Source of the DNA: a virus
Lineage: Duplodnaviria; Caudoviricetes
DNA: 55,201 bases
Strand: one strand, 5' to 3'
IMG/VR virus record: IMGVR_UViG_3300022200_000056
Location: 1-55,201 of that record
The notes beneath the pieces were generated by a model. It did no database searches. It was not told the DNA's origin and saw nothing but the letters and a program-made list of their open reading frames with translations. A program made the position numbers and the translations under genes. Shown piece by piece: positions 1 to 10,103 of this stretch; position 1 is the stretch's first letter; every line of letters begins with the position of its first letter.

Positions 1-666
1 ACATTAGGTTATCAGGCGTTTTATTCAAACACCGCTAGTGGATACAATACAGGTTTAGGTGCGCTTGCTGGTTATTCAACCACTAGCGTACAGAATACCT
101 TTATTGGTCAGCAAGCGGGTTACTATGTAACTTCTGGTGAAAAGAACACCATTATCGGACGCTACAACGGCAACCAAAGCGGCCTAGACATCCGCACATC
201 CAACAACAACATCGTGCTGTCGGATGGCGATGGTACTCCTAGAATGTATTATAATGGAAGTAGTTCATATTGGTACGCACAAGCCATTTACGACAGAACA
301 TCTGCGGGGTCTGCCAATGTTCTTGTTGGTGCTGATGGAGGTTTGCAAAGAGCAACGTCTTCATTGCGTTATAAAAACACTATTGCTGACGCTACACACG
401 GCCTGACAGAACTACTTGCACTGCGTCCTGTTACCTACAAGGGCAATAACGATGGAGACAAAATTTTTGGTGGTCTTATTGCTGAAGAGGTGCATGATGC
501 TGGCCTTACAGAGTTTGTAGAATATGGTCAAGATGAAAACGGTAATGATAGGCCAGAAGCATTACATTATGGACATATGGTTTCGCTGTGCATCAAAGCC
601 ATTCAGGAACAGCAAGAAACAATCACAGCACTTGAGGCTCGTATAGCCGCACTTGAGTCCAACTAA
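1..666 (+). CDS. Tail fibre/spike protein, C-terminal part with peptidase S74-like intramolecular chaperone (5' truncated)
   Basis: Frame 1 is open from base 1 (TLGYQAFYSNT..NTGLGALAG..NTFIGQQAG beta-helix-like repeats) and ends in SSLRYKNTI..LRPVTY..GLIAEEV..IKAIQEQQ..LEARIAALE, typical of S74 plus coiled coil. Confidence 0.85.
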   Translation, partial: TLGYQAFYSNTASGYNTGLGALAGYSTTSVQNTFIGQQAGYYVTSGEKNTIIGRYNGNQSGLDIRTSNNNIVLSDGDGTPRMYYNGSSSYWYAQAIYDRTSAGSANVLVGADGGLQRATSSLRYKNTIADATHGLTELLALRPVTYKGNNDGDKIFGGLIAEEVHDAGLTEFVEYGQDENGNDRPEALHYGHMVSLCIKAIQEQQETITALEARIAALESN

Positions 667-682
667 ACTACAGGAGTATAAA

Positions 683-928
683 ATGGACAATGAAATCACA
701 GCAGAAGAAATCGCACAGCACTACACAGCAATGGGTCACAGCGTTGACCTCATCAATGCTATCATTGCTGGCGACCACGATGAAACTATGGATGCGGATG
801 AACGTGTAGATTGCGTTAGCCGTAACGTAGAGCATCTGGAAATTATGGTGGCAAAAGACTTCTGGACATCAGAAGATATGACAGATGTTAATGCCGCTAT
901 TGCCGCAGGTAAGGCTTACAGCGCGTAA
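683..928 (+). CDS. Small acidic protein, possible tail fibre assembly factor
   Basis: AGGAG RBS before ATG at 683; follows the tail fibre gene. Confidence 0.6.
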   Translation: MDNEITAEEIAQHYTAMGHSVDLINAIIAGDHDETMDADERVDCVSRNVEHLEIMVAKDFWTSEDMTDVNAAIAAGKAYSA

Positions 929-1704
929 TGTTTGGTGAATACGCATTAGCAGAACAAGCAATCGCTGACCAAGGAATACTGTTTCTTGGCTCACAGTCTG
1001 TTGATGCCAATTTCACGCAGACATCTACTGCTTTAGGCGTGTTTAGCGGCGAGTCGTATATGGTCGGCACATATTCAAAGCTGTCTGTAGGCGTAGGTAT
1101 ACTAGCTGGCATAAGCGACATGTCGGCACAGTTTGACCAGACATCCACTGCTTTGTATATAACCAATGCAATATCAGAGCAAAGCGCACAGTTTGATCAA
1201 GCCTCTGCTGGTAACATAGTAAAAGAAGATTCGGCTTCACTTGACGCACAGTTTGATCAAGACACTGTAGCCACTCTTATTGCTAGTGCTGTAGCTGAAA
1301 CAGATTTTGTATTCATACAGACATCTGACGGCAATGTCATAGCAGCGGGAACCGCAGACCTAGATATTTCATTCATACAGACCTCTGACGGGAACCTTAT
1401 TGCCTCTGCTTCTTCTGATCAAATAGCTTCCTTTACACAGACAACCAACGGAATAGCTATTAGAATCACCGAAGCAGAAATGGTGTCTGCATTTATACAG
1501 TCTACCGCTGCTAACTTTACTGCATCGGCTGATTCAGATATGATATTCGCGTTTGTGATGACCACAGACGGTAACTTACTGTGGGTTCCGATTGACGCAT
1601 CAACCAACCCAGAAATTTGGGCAGAAATTACGCACAGCGGAGACTCATGGACAGAGATCAACGCTAGTGTTACAATCAAAACATGGAATGAAATGGTGGT
1701 ATAG
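928..1704 (+). CDS. Virion/tail protein with 20-aa tandem repeats
   Basis: Repeats AQFDQTS / FIQTSDGN at a 60-nt period; coupled to neighbours. Confidence 0.65.
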   Translation: MFGEYALAEQAIADQGILFLGSQSVDANFTQTSTALGVFSGESYMVGTYSKLSVGVGILAGISDMSAQFDQTSTALYITNAISEQSAQFDQASAGNIVKEDSASLDAQFDQDTVATLIASAVAETDFVFIQTSDGNVIAAGTADLDISFIQTSDGNLIASASSDQIASFTQTTNGIAIRITEAEMVSAFIQSTAANFTASADSDMIFAFVMTTDGNLLWVPIDASTNPEIWAEITHSGDSWTEINASVTIKTWNEMVV

Positions 1705-2814
1705 ATGGCCTCAACTTACACTTCAAACAATGGTATAGAAAAGCCGTCTACTGGCGAACAGTCCGGTACTTGGGGCGATACCACTAACATTAACTTTGAT
1801 ATTATTGACCGCGCTCTTAATGGCGTTGGTGCTATATCTTTGTCAGGGACAACTCACACCCTGTCAACATCAGACGGCGCCGTGTCTGAAGGGGATTATA
1901 AGGTTCTTGTGTTGGGTGGGTCACCGTCTGGCACAAACACAATTACAATAACTCCAAGCGATCAACAAAAGTCTTACTTGGTTCACAACAACACTTCGCA
2001 GTCTGCTGTGTTTACCCAAGGCTCCGGCGGCAACGCTACAATTGAGGCTGGCGCTTTTAGTTGGATTTTCTCAAATGGCGCTGGCGCTAGTGCGGCTGTA
2101 ACTAAAATGACAATAGACACGGCGTCTATTGAAGACGGCGCCATTACCACTGCGAAACTTGCAAACACTGCTGTTGCCACCGCCAAACTTTCAGATAGCG
2201 CTGTTACATCTGTTAAACTTGCAGACGATGCTGTAACCTCAGTTAAAATTTTAGATGATGCTGTAGCCACTGCCAAAATTGCAGACGATGCAGTTACCAC
2301 TGCTAAAATTGTAGATGGCGCAGTTACTGTCGCTAAACTTGCAAGCAACGCTGTATTTGCTTCTGGCACCAAGATGTTGTTTCAGCAAACAACAGCGCCC
2401 ACAGGCTGGACTAAAGACACAACACATAACAACAAAGCGCTTCGTGTGGTGTCGGGGACAGCAAGCAGTGGTGGTACTGTAGCGTTTACTACTGCTTTTG
2501 ACAGTAAATCTGTCTCTGGTTCTATTAGCAACACAGTCTCAGGGAGCACTGCTGGCCACACTTTAACGCTATCTGAAATTCCAGCGCATACGCATACCAT
2601 TGGCTATAGAACGCATGATACATCCCCCGGCGCTGGCGGCGAGGAATCAGATTTGATTAGAAGCCCCAACACCACAGTCAATAGCGGTTCTGCTGGAGGC
2701 GGTGGGTCTCACTCACACGGCGCTGGCACTCTAGCAGTTTCATCTGCGTTTACTGGTACATCTATTAATATGGATGTCCAGTACGTTGATGTAATTATTG
2801 CAGAGAAAGATTAA
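1705..2814 (+). CDS. Tail fibre-like structural protein
   Basis: N-terminal GEQSGTWGDTTN motif, 10-aa DDAVTTAKI repeats (~2131-2350), collar-like C-terminus (HTLTLSEIPAHTH). Confidence 0.75.
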   Translation: MASTYTSNNGIEKPSTGEQSGTWGDTTNINFDIIDRALNGVGAISLSGTTHTLSTSDGAVSEGDYKVLVLGGSPSGTNTITITPSDQQKSYLVHNNTSQSAVFTQGSGGNATIEAGAFSWIFSNGAGASAAVTKMTIDTASIEDGAITTAKLANTAVATAKLSDSAVTSVKLADDAVTSVKILDDAVATAKIADDAVTTAKIVDGAVTVAKLASNAVFASGTKMLFQQTTAPTGWTKDTTHNNKALRVVSGTASSGGTVAFTTAFDSKSVSGSISNTVSGSTAGHTLTLSEIPAHTHTIGYRTHDTSPGAGGEESDLIRSPNTTVNSGSAGGGGSHSHGAGTLAVSSAFTGTSINMDVQYVDVIIAEKD

Positions 2815-2816
2815 AC

Positions 2817-3119
2817 ATGAAAATTGAGGTAAAGCAAAATTGCCCGCTTAATAATTTTGACCCCTGCCGTCAATTTGACTGTGCATGGTTTATGAAAATT
2901 AGCGGCACAAACCCTAACACTGGCGAGCAGACCGAAGAGTGGGGGTGTGCTATGGCGTGGCTTCCTATGCTACTTATAGAAAACGCACAGCAATCAAGAG
3001 CAACAGGCGCCGCTGTAGAAAGTTTTCGTAACGAGATGGTTGAGGCCAACAAGATTGGACATGAGATCATGGCTTTAAACGTAAAAGAAAATTTGAACAA
3101 AAACTTAATCGGGGGGTAG
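2817..3119 (+). CDS. Cys-rich hypothetical protein
   Basis: 100-aa ORF with CPL..C..C..C in a tightly packed operon. Confidence 0.65.
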   Translation: MKIEVKQNCPLNNFDPCRQFDCAWFMKISGTNPNTGEQTEEWGCAMAWLPMLLIENAQQSRATGAAVESFRNEMVEANKIGHEIMALNVKENLNKNLIGG

Positions 3120-3120
3120 C

Positions 3121-5040
3121 ATGCCACTGACTAAGTTACAATTCCGTCCGGGCATAAACCGCGAAATCACATCGTACAGTAACGAAGGCGGGTGGGTTGA
3201 CTGCGACAAAATTAGATTTCGTTTTGGCTATCCAGAGAAAATTGGTGGCTGGAAGAAGTATAGTTCTTCTTCCTACTTGGGGAGCGCTAGAGCGTTACAC
3301 AACTGGATTGCTCTTGACGGGTCAAATTATTTGGGTGTCGGCACCAACTTAAAATACTACATTGAAGAGGGCGAGGGCTTCAATGACATAACGCCAATCA
3401 GGGAAACAACAGCGGCTGGTGACGTGACGTTTTCTGCGACAAATGGCAGTGCAATAATCACAGTCACTGACACATCTCATGGCGCCATTGAAAATGATTT
3501 TGTTACATTCTCTGGTGCCGTGTCTTTAGGCGGTAATATCACAGCAGACATATTGAACCAAGAGCATCAGGTGGTAACAGTTCCCGATGCTGATACATAC
3601 ACTATTACTGTGTCTGCGACAGCAACTGCATCCGACACGGGTAACGGCGGGTCTAGTGTTGTGGGCGCGTATCAAATTAATGTTGGTCTAGACACAACCG
3701 TTGGCGGCACTGGCTGGGGCGCTGGCACATGGGGTCGTGGAACTTGGGGGTCTGCGTCCGCTACAAACACAACAAAAGAGATTAGACTGTGGGCACATGA
3801 TAACTTTGGCGAAGATCTTTTGTTAAACCCAAGAGACTCTAGCATATACTACTGGGACAAAACTCAAACATTATCAAACCGCGCTGTTGAGTTAAGCGCC
3901 GCCACCACTGGAGCAGCTAGCGGAACAAAAACTAGTGTACCAACAATCGCAAAGCAAGTGCTTGTGTCTGACCAAGATAGACACGTTATTGCTTTTGGTT
4001 GCGATGGTCTTGGCGCCAACAGCAGTGCAACTCAAGGTGATGGGGTGCAAGACCCGCTCCTCATTAGATTTTCTTCGCAAGAAAATCCAGTAGACTGGTG
4101 GCCTACATCGACCAACACCGCTGGTGATTTGCGCTTAGGCTCTGGATCAGAGTTTGTTACCGCTATTGAGACCAAGCGAGAAATACTTGTTTGGACTGAT
4201 ACATCGCTAAACTCAATACGTTATATTGGGCCACCGTATACATTTGGCGCGCAACCATTGTCTTCCGGCATTACTATTATGGGGCCTAACGCCGTTGCGG
4301 CAACAGAAGACTTTGTTGTCTGGATGGGCATAGATAACTTCTATATGTATGCTGGTCAAACAAAGCAACTAGATTGCACAGTAAGGGATAAAGTGTTTCT
4401 TGACTTTAACCTAGCGCAAACTGACAAGGTTGTTGCCGGAGTTAACTCGGAGTTTGGCGAGGTTGTGTGGTTCTATTGTTCTGACACAAACTCAGTAGCA
4501 AACGGTGGTGACGGACAAAACGATAGGTACGTCATATATAATTACAATGATAACCTTTGGTACTATGGCGCTTTGGGCAGAACAGCTTGGCTTGATAGAG
4601 GGACTCGGCCTTACCCAATAGCCGCTGGGATAACAGGATCAGGTAATCTTTTGTACAACCATGAGTTTGGTTATGATGATGACGGCTCTGCCATGTCTTC
4701 TTTTGTTGAATCAGCGCCAATGGATATTGATGACGGTCAGCAGTTTACTTTCCTGCGAAAAATTATTCCAGACATTACATTCAATGGGTCAACTAGTTTG
4801 GCTTCCCCTCAAGCAACCTTTACTGTGCAGGCAAGAAATTTCCCCGGCCAGAATTATTCTTCCACAGATACTGGTGTAGCGTCTAGAACCGCAACGTCTC
4901 CAGTTGAGCAATTTACCAATGAATTAAATGTAAGAATCAGGGGGCGCTCTTACTCTATGAAGGTGTCGTCAGATGCTTTAGGTAGCAAGTGGAAACTTGG
5001 TTCGCCACGAGTTGACATCAGGACTGATGGGAGGCGCTAG
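3121..5040 (+). CDS. Tail nozzle / DNA stabilisation protein (P22 gp10 / tubular protein B-like)
   Basis: 639 aa, beta-propeller-like (IRFSSQE, AGDLRLGSGS, WTDTSL), ends DIRTDGRR; precedes ejection genes. Confidence 0.7.
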   Translation: MPLTKLQFRPGINREITSYSNEGGWVDCDKIRFRFGYPEKIGGWKKYSSSSYLGSARALHNWIALDGSNYLGVGTNLKYYIEEGEGFNDITPIRETTAAGDVTFSATNGSAIITVTDTSHGAIENDFVTFSGAVSLGGNITADILNQEHQVVTVPDADTYTITVSATATASDTGNGGSSVVGAYQINVGLDTTVGGTGWGAGTWGRGTWGSASATNTTKEIRLWAHDNFGEDLLLNPRDSSIYYWDKTQTLSNRAVELSAATTGAASGTKTSVPTIAKQVLVSDQDRHVIAFGCDGLGANSSATQGDGVQDPLLIRFSSQENPVDWWPTSTNTAGDLRLGSGSEFVTAIETKREILVWTDTSLNSIRYIGPPYTFGAQPLSSGITIMGPNAVAATEDFVVWMGIDNFYMYAGQTKQLDCTVRDKVFLDFNLAQTDKVVAGVNSEFGEVVWFYCSDTNSVANGGDGQNDRYVIYNYNDNLWYYGALGRTAWLDRGTRPYPIAAGITGSGNLLYNHEFGYDDDGSAMSSFVESAPMDIDDGQQFTFLRKIIPDITFNGSTSLASPQATFTVQARNFPGQNYSSTDTGVASRTATSPVEQFTNELNVRIRGRSYSMKVSSDALGSKWKLGSPRVDIRTDGRR

Positions 5041-5270
5041 TGTCATCCAATCAAATACCACCACCAAGACTGCCAGAGCCTAGGCCAGAGTATGATTTAA
5101 CTTACATGCAAGATCTAATCAGGGCGCTAGAACTATTTATTGAGCAAGAAAGAAACCCGGGCGAAATGCGCGCGACAAAGATTACATTAACCGATTTGCC
5201 AACATCATCTACAGGTCTGGAAATAGGCGCTCTTTGGAATGATAGTGGCACAGTAAAAATAGTTATATAG
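5040..5270 (+). CDS. Hypothetical structural protein
   Basis: Coupled ORF ending LPTSSTGLEIGALWNDSGTVKIV. Confidence 0.6.
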   Translation: MSSNQIPPPRLPEPRPEYDLTYMQDLIRALELFIEQERNPGEMRATKITLTDLPTSSTGLEIGALWNDSGTVKIVI

Positions 5271-5274
5271 AACA

Positions 5275-5478
5275 ATGTCAGCAGAACAAGTATTAAAATG
5301 GAAACTGCTTCCTAGGTTTATGATGATTGCTATGACAGTTATGAGTTGGCGTGTGGTAGAATGGTTCATGACCTTGCCAGACCCGACACCTAGTCAAGCG
5401 GGCTTAGTATCTGTGGTTACTGGCGCAATGACGGGGGCTTTTGCGATATGGATGAACAACGAGAACAAGAAAACTTAA
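5275..5478 (+). CDS. Small 2-TM membrane protein (holin/antiholin-like)
   Basis: Two hydrophobic segments; next to holin. Confidence 0.55.
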   Translation: MSAEQVLKWKLLPRFMMIAMTVMSWRVVEWFMTLPDPTPSQAGLVSVVTGAMTGAFAIWMNNENKKT

Positions 5479-5550
5479 CTCTAGAGGAAAAGGTGGCGAG
5501 TATTAGGTTAAGAATAATCGCTATGAAAAAGCAAATTCAGGAGAGAGAAA

Positions 5551-5946
5551 ATGCTACAAACATTAATAGGTCCAGTAACAAGTCTTCTAGATAAGTTTAT
5601 TGAAGACAAAGATCAGAGAGCAAAACTCGCACATGAGATTGCCACTATGTCAGAGCGACATATGCAAGAGCAAATCATGGGGCAGTTGGAAATTAATAAA
5701 GCCGAAGCACAGCACCGTTCTATATTTGTTGCGGGATGGAGGCCCTTTCTTGGTTGGTGTCTTTCTTTTGCAATGGCATGGCACTTTGTCATCTGCCCGT
5801 TTATTATTTTTGGGGCGGGCATGGCTGGGGTAGAAATCCCAGACCTGCCTGCGTTTGATATGGACAGCCTTATGACTGTTCTTCTCGGTATGCTGGGACT
5901 TGGTGGCCTTAGGACTGTAGAAAAAATTAAGAAAGTTGCAAAGTAA
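5551..5946 (+). CDS. Holin (3TM holin family)
   Basis: EINKAEA..FVAGWRPFLGW..LLGMLGLGGLRTVEK motif; GGAG RBS. Confidence 0.85.
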   Translation: MLQTLIGPVTSLLDKFIEDKDQRAKLAHEIATMSERHMQEQIMGQLEINKAEAQHRSIFVAGWRPFLGWCLSFAMAWHFVICPFIIFGAGMAGVEIPDLPAFDMDSLMTVLLGMLGLGGLRTVEKIKKVAK

Positions 5947-6054
5947 TAAATTATTCTGGCTTTTTAGATTACATATTAGGCAGGTTTACTAAATAGTTAC
6001 AATATCTATTAAAAAGTGTTATTATTAGCCATCTTTAATTAGGGGAGACGGCTA

Positions 6055-7089
6055 ATGCCAATGCCTAAAATTTCAGACGAAGTGCTCGCCTCCACAGTAA
6101 AGCACTTTGTTGAAGCTAATTACTCTGTAAAAGAAGCCGCTAAACTATCGGGAATAAACTACAACACATATACCTCTAGGTTAAGAGTTGCCAGAGAGCG
6201 CGGCCTTGTCACGGAGGGCGCCATTGTTTCAGCAACAGAGTCAACTCCAGCGCAGGAAGTTAAAGTCGTTGTAAAGCCTACATACAGAATACAACAACGC
6301 AAGTCTAAGCCCGATGAAACAAAGCGAGTGCTCGCAATCGGAGACTGCCATGATGGACCAAGACTGCCAGACAAGAGGCGGTTTTTTGCTATGGGCAGAT
6401 ACGCAAAAGAGCGAGAGATTAATGAGATAATACAGATAGGCGATTTCGCCACATGTGATTCTCTTAATAGGTTCGACAGAAACGACACAGTTAAGGGTCA
6501 AGAAAAGCCTACATTTAAACAGGACATGATTAGCTTCCAGTGTGCTGTTCGGGCTTTCCATAAAGGGCTTGGCGGCGCCGACATAAAGAGGCATGTAACA
6601 CTTGGCAACCACGAAGATAGGATTTGGTCGTTTACTAACAGAAACCCAGAGGTTGTGGAGATGTTGGACCAGTTGCTATTTGCAACTCTTGACGATTACG
6701 GGTGGACGTATTCGCCTTATGGTGAGTTTTACTACATTGGTGATGTCGGGTTTACTCATGCACCAATGAACATGATGGGCAAGCCATACGGCGGCATGCA
6801 TGCCGAGAACCAAATATCGAGAGACGCTCTACATGATATTGTGTTTGGGCATACTCACAAAAGGTTAGATAAAACTTTTCCTAAGATTGGCGGTAAAATA
6901 ACTGTCATGAACTTAGGTTGTAGTCTACCCGAAGGCCACGTTGAGGAGTATGCTAAACATAGTATTACTGGATGGAGTTACGGGGTATACGAAATCGGTA
7001 TTAAAGATGGTATAATAAATGAGCGAACATGGGTTCCTATGAACAAACTGATAGAAGAGTATGGTGGCGAATATGCGGGAGATCAATAA
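6055..7089 (+). CDS. Calcineurin-like metallophosphoesterase with N-terminal HTH-like segment
   Basis: GDCH, GDF, GNHE, FTH and GHTH motifs; N-terminal SVKEAAKLSGINYNTY. Confidence 0.85.
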   Translation: MPMPKISDEVLASTVKHFVEANYSVKEAAKLSGINYNTYTSRLRVARERGLVTEGAIVSATESTPAQEVKVVVKPTYRIQQRKSKPDETKRVLAIGDCHDGPRLPDKRRFFAMGRYAKEREINEIIQIGDFATCDSLNRFDRNDTVKGQEKPTFKQDMISFQCAVRAFHKGLGGADIKRHVTLGNHEDRIWSFTNRNPEVVEMLDQLLFATLDDYGWTYSPYGEFYYIGDVGFTHAPMNMMGKPYGGMHAENQISRDALHDIVFGHTHKRLDKTFPKIGGKITVMNLGCSLPEGHVEEYAKHSITGWSYGVYEIGIKDGIINERTWVPMNKLIEEYGGEYAGDQ

Positions 7090-7483
7090 AGTAATCATTC
7101 ACTGCGCTGATACACCAGAAGGCAGGGATGTGAAAACAGCGGAGATCCGTAGGTGGCACACTGAGGAGCGCGGCTGGAGTGATATTGGTTATCATTGGGT
7201 TATTGAACTGGATGGCTCTGTCCATTCGGGTCGCCCTGAAGATATTAGTGGCGCTCACTGTCGGGGCCACAATGCTGACAGCATCGGCATCTGCTACGTT
7301 GGTGGTGCTGACGCTGACGGAAATCCTAAAGACACACGCACGGAAGCACAAAAGTCTTCCATGGATAAATTAGTAAACGAGTTGTTGGACAGGTACTCTG
7401 ACGCTGTTGTATACGGACACCGAGACTTCTCGGAAAAAGCCTGTCCTTCATTTGATGCCAAAACAGAATATGAAATGGCGTAA
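7073..7483 (+). CDS. N-acetylmuramoyl-L-alanine amidase (T7 lysozyme-like endolysin)
   Basis: IIHC, GWSDIGYH, GAHC.GHN, SIGICYVGG, GHRD, KACPSF. Confidence 0.93.
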   Translation: MREINKVIIHCADTPEGRDVKTAEIRRWHTEERGWSDIGYHWVIELDGSVHSGRPEDISGAHCRGHNADSIGICYVGGADADGNPKDTRTEAQKSSMDKLVNELLDRYSDAVVYGHRDFSEKACPSFDAKTEYEMA

Positions 7484-7493
7484 GGAGTAAAGA

Positions 7494-8627
7494 ATGCCGT
7501 TACCACTATTACTTGGGCTTGGGGGTTCAGCGCTTGCTGGCGCAGGAATGCTGGGATCAATGACCCCTCTTATGGCGGGGGCTTTGGGCTCTGGCTTAGG
7601 GTCTCTTGCACAAGGTGATGATCTTGGCACTGCTATTGGTACAGGCTTTCTTTCCTACATGGGCGGTAAGGCTCTAGGCTCTGTGTTTGGTGGCGCTGAT
7701 GCGGCTGGTATTCAACCCGGCTTAGAATCGATGCAGGTCGCCAACCCAGCAGAAGCGGCAAAGCTAGCGAGCTTAAACCCAAATATTCCTGTTAGCGGTC
7801 CACTAGGGACTGGGGGCGCTATGGTTGATTCAACCGCAGGCTTGCAAGCGGGCATGGGCTTTCCAGATATTATGCCCTCAACGCCCAGCACAGGATTTAT
7901 GAGTAGCATAACCGCCCCAGATCCAACAAGGTCTTTGATCGGGCAGGGCGCTATGAAAGGCGCGATGAACCCATACGCTCTTAGCGCTGCTGGCACAGCC
8001 GCTCTCCCGTCTCTTCTGAAGCCAGTCGGTGTGGATATGCCAGAAGAGGGTGAGGGGCCACCAGAAGCAGAGACGGCAAAGTATCAAAAGTTTACGCCGG
8101 GAGAATCTTATCGCCCCGGGTACGACCCTGAGTTTAGATATTTCAAACCTTTTGCTGGCGGCGGTATAACTGAACTGCGCTATCAAGAAGGCGGCGAGGT
8201 GTCAGAGCCTAACGACAAAGAAATTATTAGTCAGGCTGTAGACGCTATTAAAGGCCGATCAGAGAACGCTGAGATGGTCCTTGGTAGATTCCTAGCAAGA
8301 TACGGTGAAGAGGCCCTGAAGGACCTCGTAGAGCGCGTAAACAGCGGTCAGTTTGACGAAGATCAAATGGTCGGAGAGGGCAAGGTAAATGGCGTAGGTG
8401 ACGGCATGGACGACATGATCCCTGCTACGTTAGAAGGTGAGCAAGATGTTGTTCTTTCTGACGGTGAGTTTATTGTGCCCGCTGATGTAGTAAGCGGTCT
8501 TGGCAATGGCTCAACTGACGCTGGCGCTGACGCCCTTTATGAAATGATGGATCGTGTTCGTCAATTACGCACGGGAAAGACAGAGCAACCTAAGCAAGTC
8601 CCACAAGGAGAGATGCTACCAGTATGA
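7494..8627 (+). CDS. Internal virion / DNA ejection protein
   Basis: Gly/Ala-rich hydrophobic N-terminus; C-terminal GDGMDDMIPA..LSDGEFIVPADVVS motif. Confidence 0.65.
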   Translation: MPLPLLLGLGGSALAGAGMLGSMTPLMAGALGSGLGSLAQGDDLGTAIGTGFLSYMGGKALGSVFGGADAAGIQPGLESMQVANPAEAAKLASLNPNIPVSGPLGTGGAMVDSTAGLQAGMGFPDIMPSTPSTGFMSSITAPDPTRSLIGQGAMKGAMNPYALSAAGTAALPSLLKPVGVDMPEEGEGPPEAETAKYQKFTPGESYRPGYDPEFRYFKPFAGGGITELRYQEGGEVSEPNDKEIISQAVDAIKGRSENAEMVLGRFLARYGEEALKDLVERVNSGQFDEDQMVGEGKVNGVGDGMDDMIPATLEGEQDVVLSDGEFIVPADVVSGLGNGSTDAGADALYEMMDRVRQLRTGKTEQPKQVPQGEMLPV

Positions 8628-9046
8628 TTATTACAGCGGTTCCGAGCGAGGCTCTGGACATCGTTTGGGGAGATGTAAAGAGACTGCTAAAAAAATCTAC
8701 AGACATATCAAAGGGTAAATATGAAGTTGAAGATGTCTATGATTCTATAAAAATAGGAGCGTTTGGGCTTTGGCTTATACTAGACGGCGATAAACCAGTG
8801 AGCGCAATAACGACAAGAATTATCCAGTACCCCGGTGGCTCAAGAGCGCTAGCAATGGACTGGGTAGGGGGCACAAGAATGAAGGAGTGGTTACCTTTAC
8901 TACAGGAAACCATGGAAAAATATGGAAGAGATTGCCAATGCACTCACCTAGAAGGATATGGCAGGAGGGCTTGGGGCAAGTGGCTAGAAAAATATAACTG
9001 GGAAACAGATTATATAGCCTATAGGATGGAGTTAAATAATGAGTAA
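8624..9046 (+). CDS. GNAT-like acetyltransferase-fold protein in the ejection module
   Basis: VGGTRMKEW..CTHLEGYGRRAW pattern; position among internal virion genes. Confidence 0.55.
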   Translation: MIITAVPSEALDIVWGDVKRLLKKSTDISKGKYEVEDVYDSIKIGAFGLWLILDGDKPVSAITTRIIQYPGGSRALAMDWVGGTRMKEWLPLLQETMEKYGRDCQCTHLEGYGRRAWGKWLEKYNWETDYIAYRMELNNE

Positions 9047-10100
9047 ACCAAAGTCGTCTGCGCCTAGCGAACAAACGGTAGTACAAAGTAATTTGCCAAA
9101 GTATGTACAGCCATACTTTGAGCGGTTGCTTGAGCGCACTGAGGCCGAGTCAAAACGAGAGTACGAGCCTTACACTGGTCAGCGTATGGCTGATACTGGG
9201 CAAGATGTAGAGAGTTCTCGACAAATGATCCGCAACATTGCTGGTCAAGGTATCGCTGGCATCCCTGAAGCCACAGCCGCGAATACACAAGCGATGCAAG
9301 CCGCCCTTGCTCAGGCAGGTTTCCAACCATATCAATACCAATCTACAGCAGATCAATTCCAATTTGGTCCAGCAGGAGAGTTCGGCGGCGCCACTGCCGA
9401 GCAGTATATGTCACCATATATGCAACAGGTTGTAGATGTACAAAAAGAGCAAGCAATCCTTGACGCCCAAAGACAAAACGCCGCAAGAGCCGCCCAAGCA
9501 GTCCAAGCCGGAGCGTTTGGCGGTTCGCGCCAAGCGGTACAGCAAGGCTTGGCGGGTGAAGCGCTTACCAGACAACTAGGAGAGATCCAAGCGGCTGGTC
9601 AGCAGAAAGCCTTTGAGCAAGCGCAACAGCAGTTTGAACGAGATCGCACTGCTCGCATGGGTCTTGAACAACAGCAAGCCGCAGAAGCCGCGCGTATCCA
9701 ACAACAGTTGTTGGGTGAACAGGAGATGACAGCGCAAGAGCGCATGCAAGCGGCTAAGTTTGGTCTGGGCGCGGCAGAGTTGGGTGCTGGCCTTGGCATG
9801 AACCTTGCTCAACTTGGCGAGCAGGCTCGCGCTGGCGATGTTGACGCCGCTAGAATGTTGGAGGGCATCGGTAAAGATATCGAGGCAAGAGAACAGGCTG
9901 GCTTGGACGTTGCATACGAAGATTATGTGCGTCAAAGAGACTATCCACGCGAACAACTTCAGTTCTATTCATCCATACTCAGGGGCGTCCCTGTGCAACC
10001 TTCTACAGAAACTTCAAAATTCCAAGCCTACAACCCGATCCAGCAATTGCTTGGCACTGGCATTGCTGGCCTTGGTCTGTACAAAGGCATAACAGGTTAA
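9039..10100 (+). CDS. Internal virion / DNA ejection (pilot-like) protein
   Basis: Gln/Ala-rich helical; YMSPYMQQVVD, GAFGGSRQ; hydrophobic Gly-rich C-terminus. Confidence 0.7.
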   Translation: MSKPKSSAPSEQTVVQSNLPKYVQPYFERLLERTEAESKREYEPYTGQRMADTGQDVESSRQMIRNIAGQGIAGIPEATAANTQAMQAALAQAGFQPYQYQSTADQFQFGPAGEFGGATAEQYMSPYMQQVVDVQKEQAILDAQRQNAARAAQAVQAGAFGGSRQAVQQGLAGEALTRQLGEIQAAGQQKAFEQAQQQFERDRTARMGLEQQQAAEAARIQQQLLGEQEMTAQERMQAAKFGLGAAELGAGLGMNLAQLGEQARAGDVDAARMLEGIGKDIEAREQAGLDVAYEDYVRQRDYPREQLQFYSSILRGVPVQPSTETSKFQAYNPIQQLLGTGIAGLGLYKGITG

Positions 10101-10103
10101 GCC

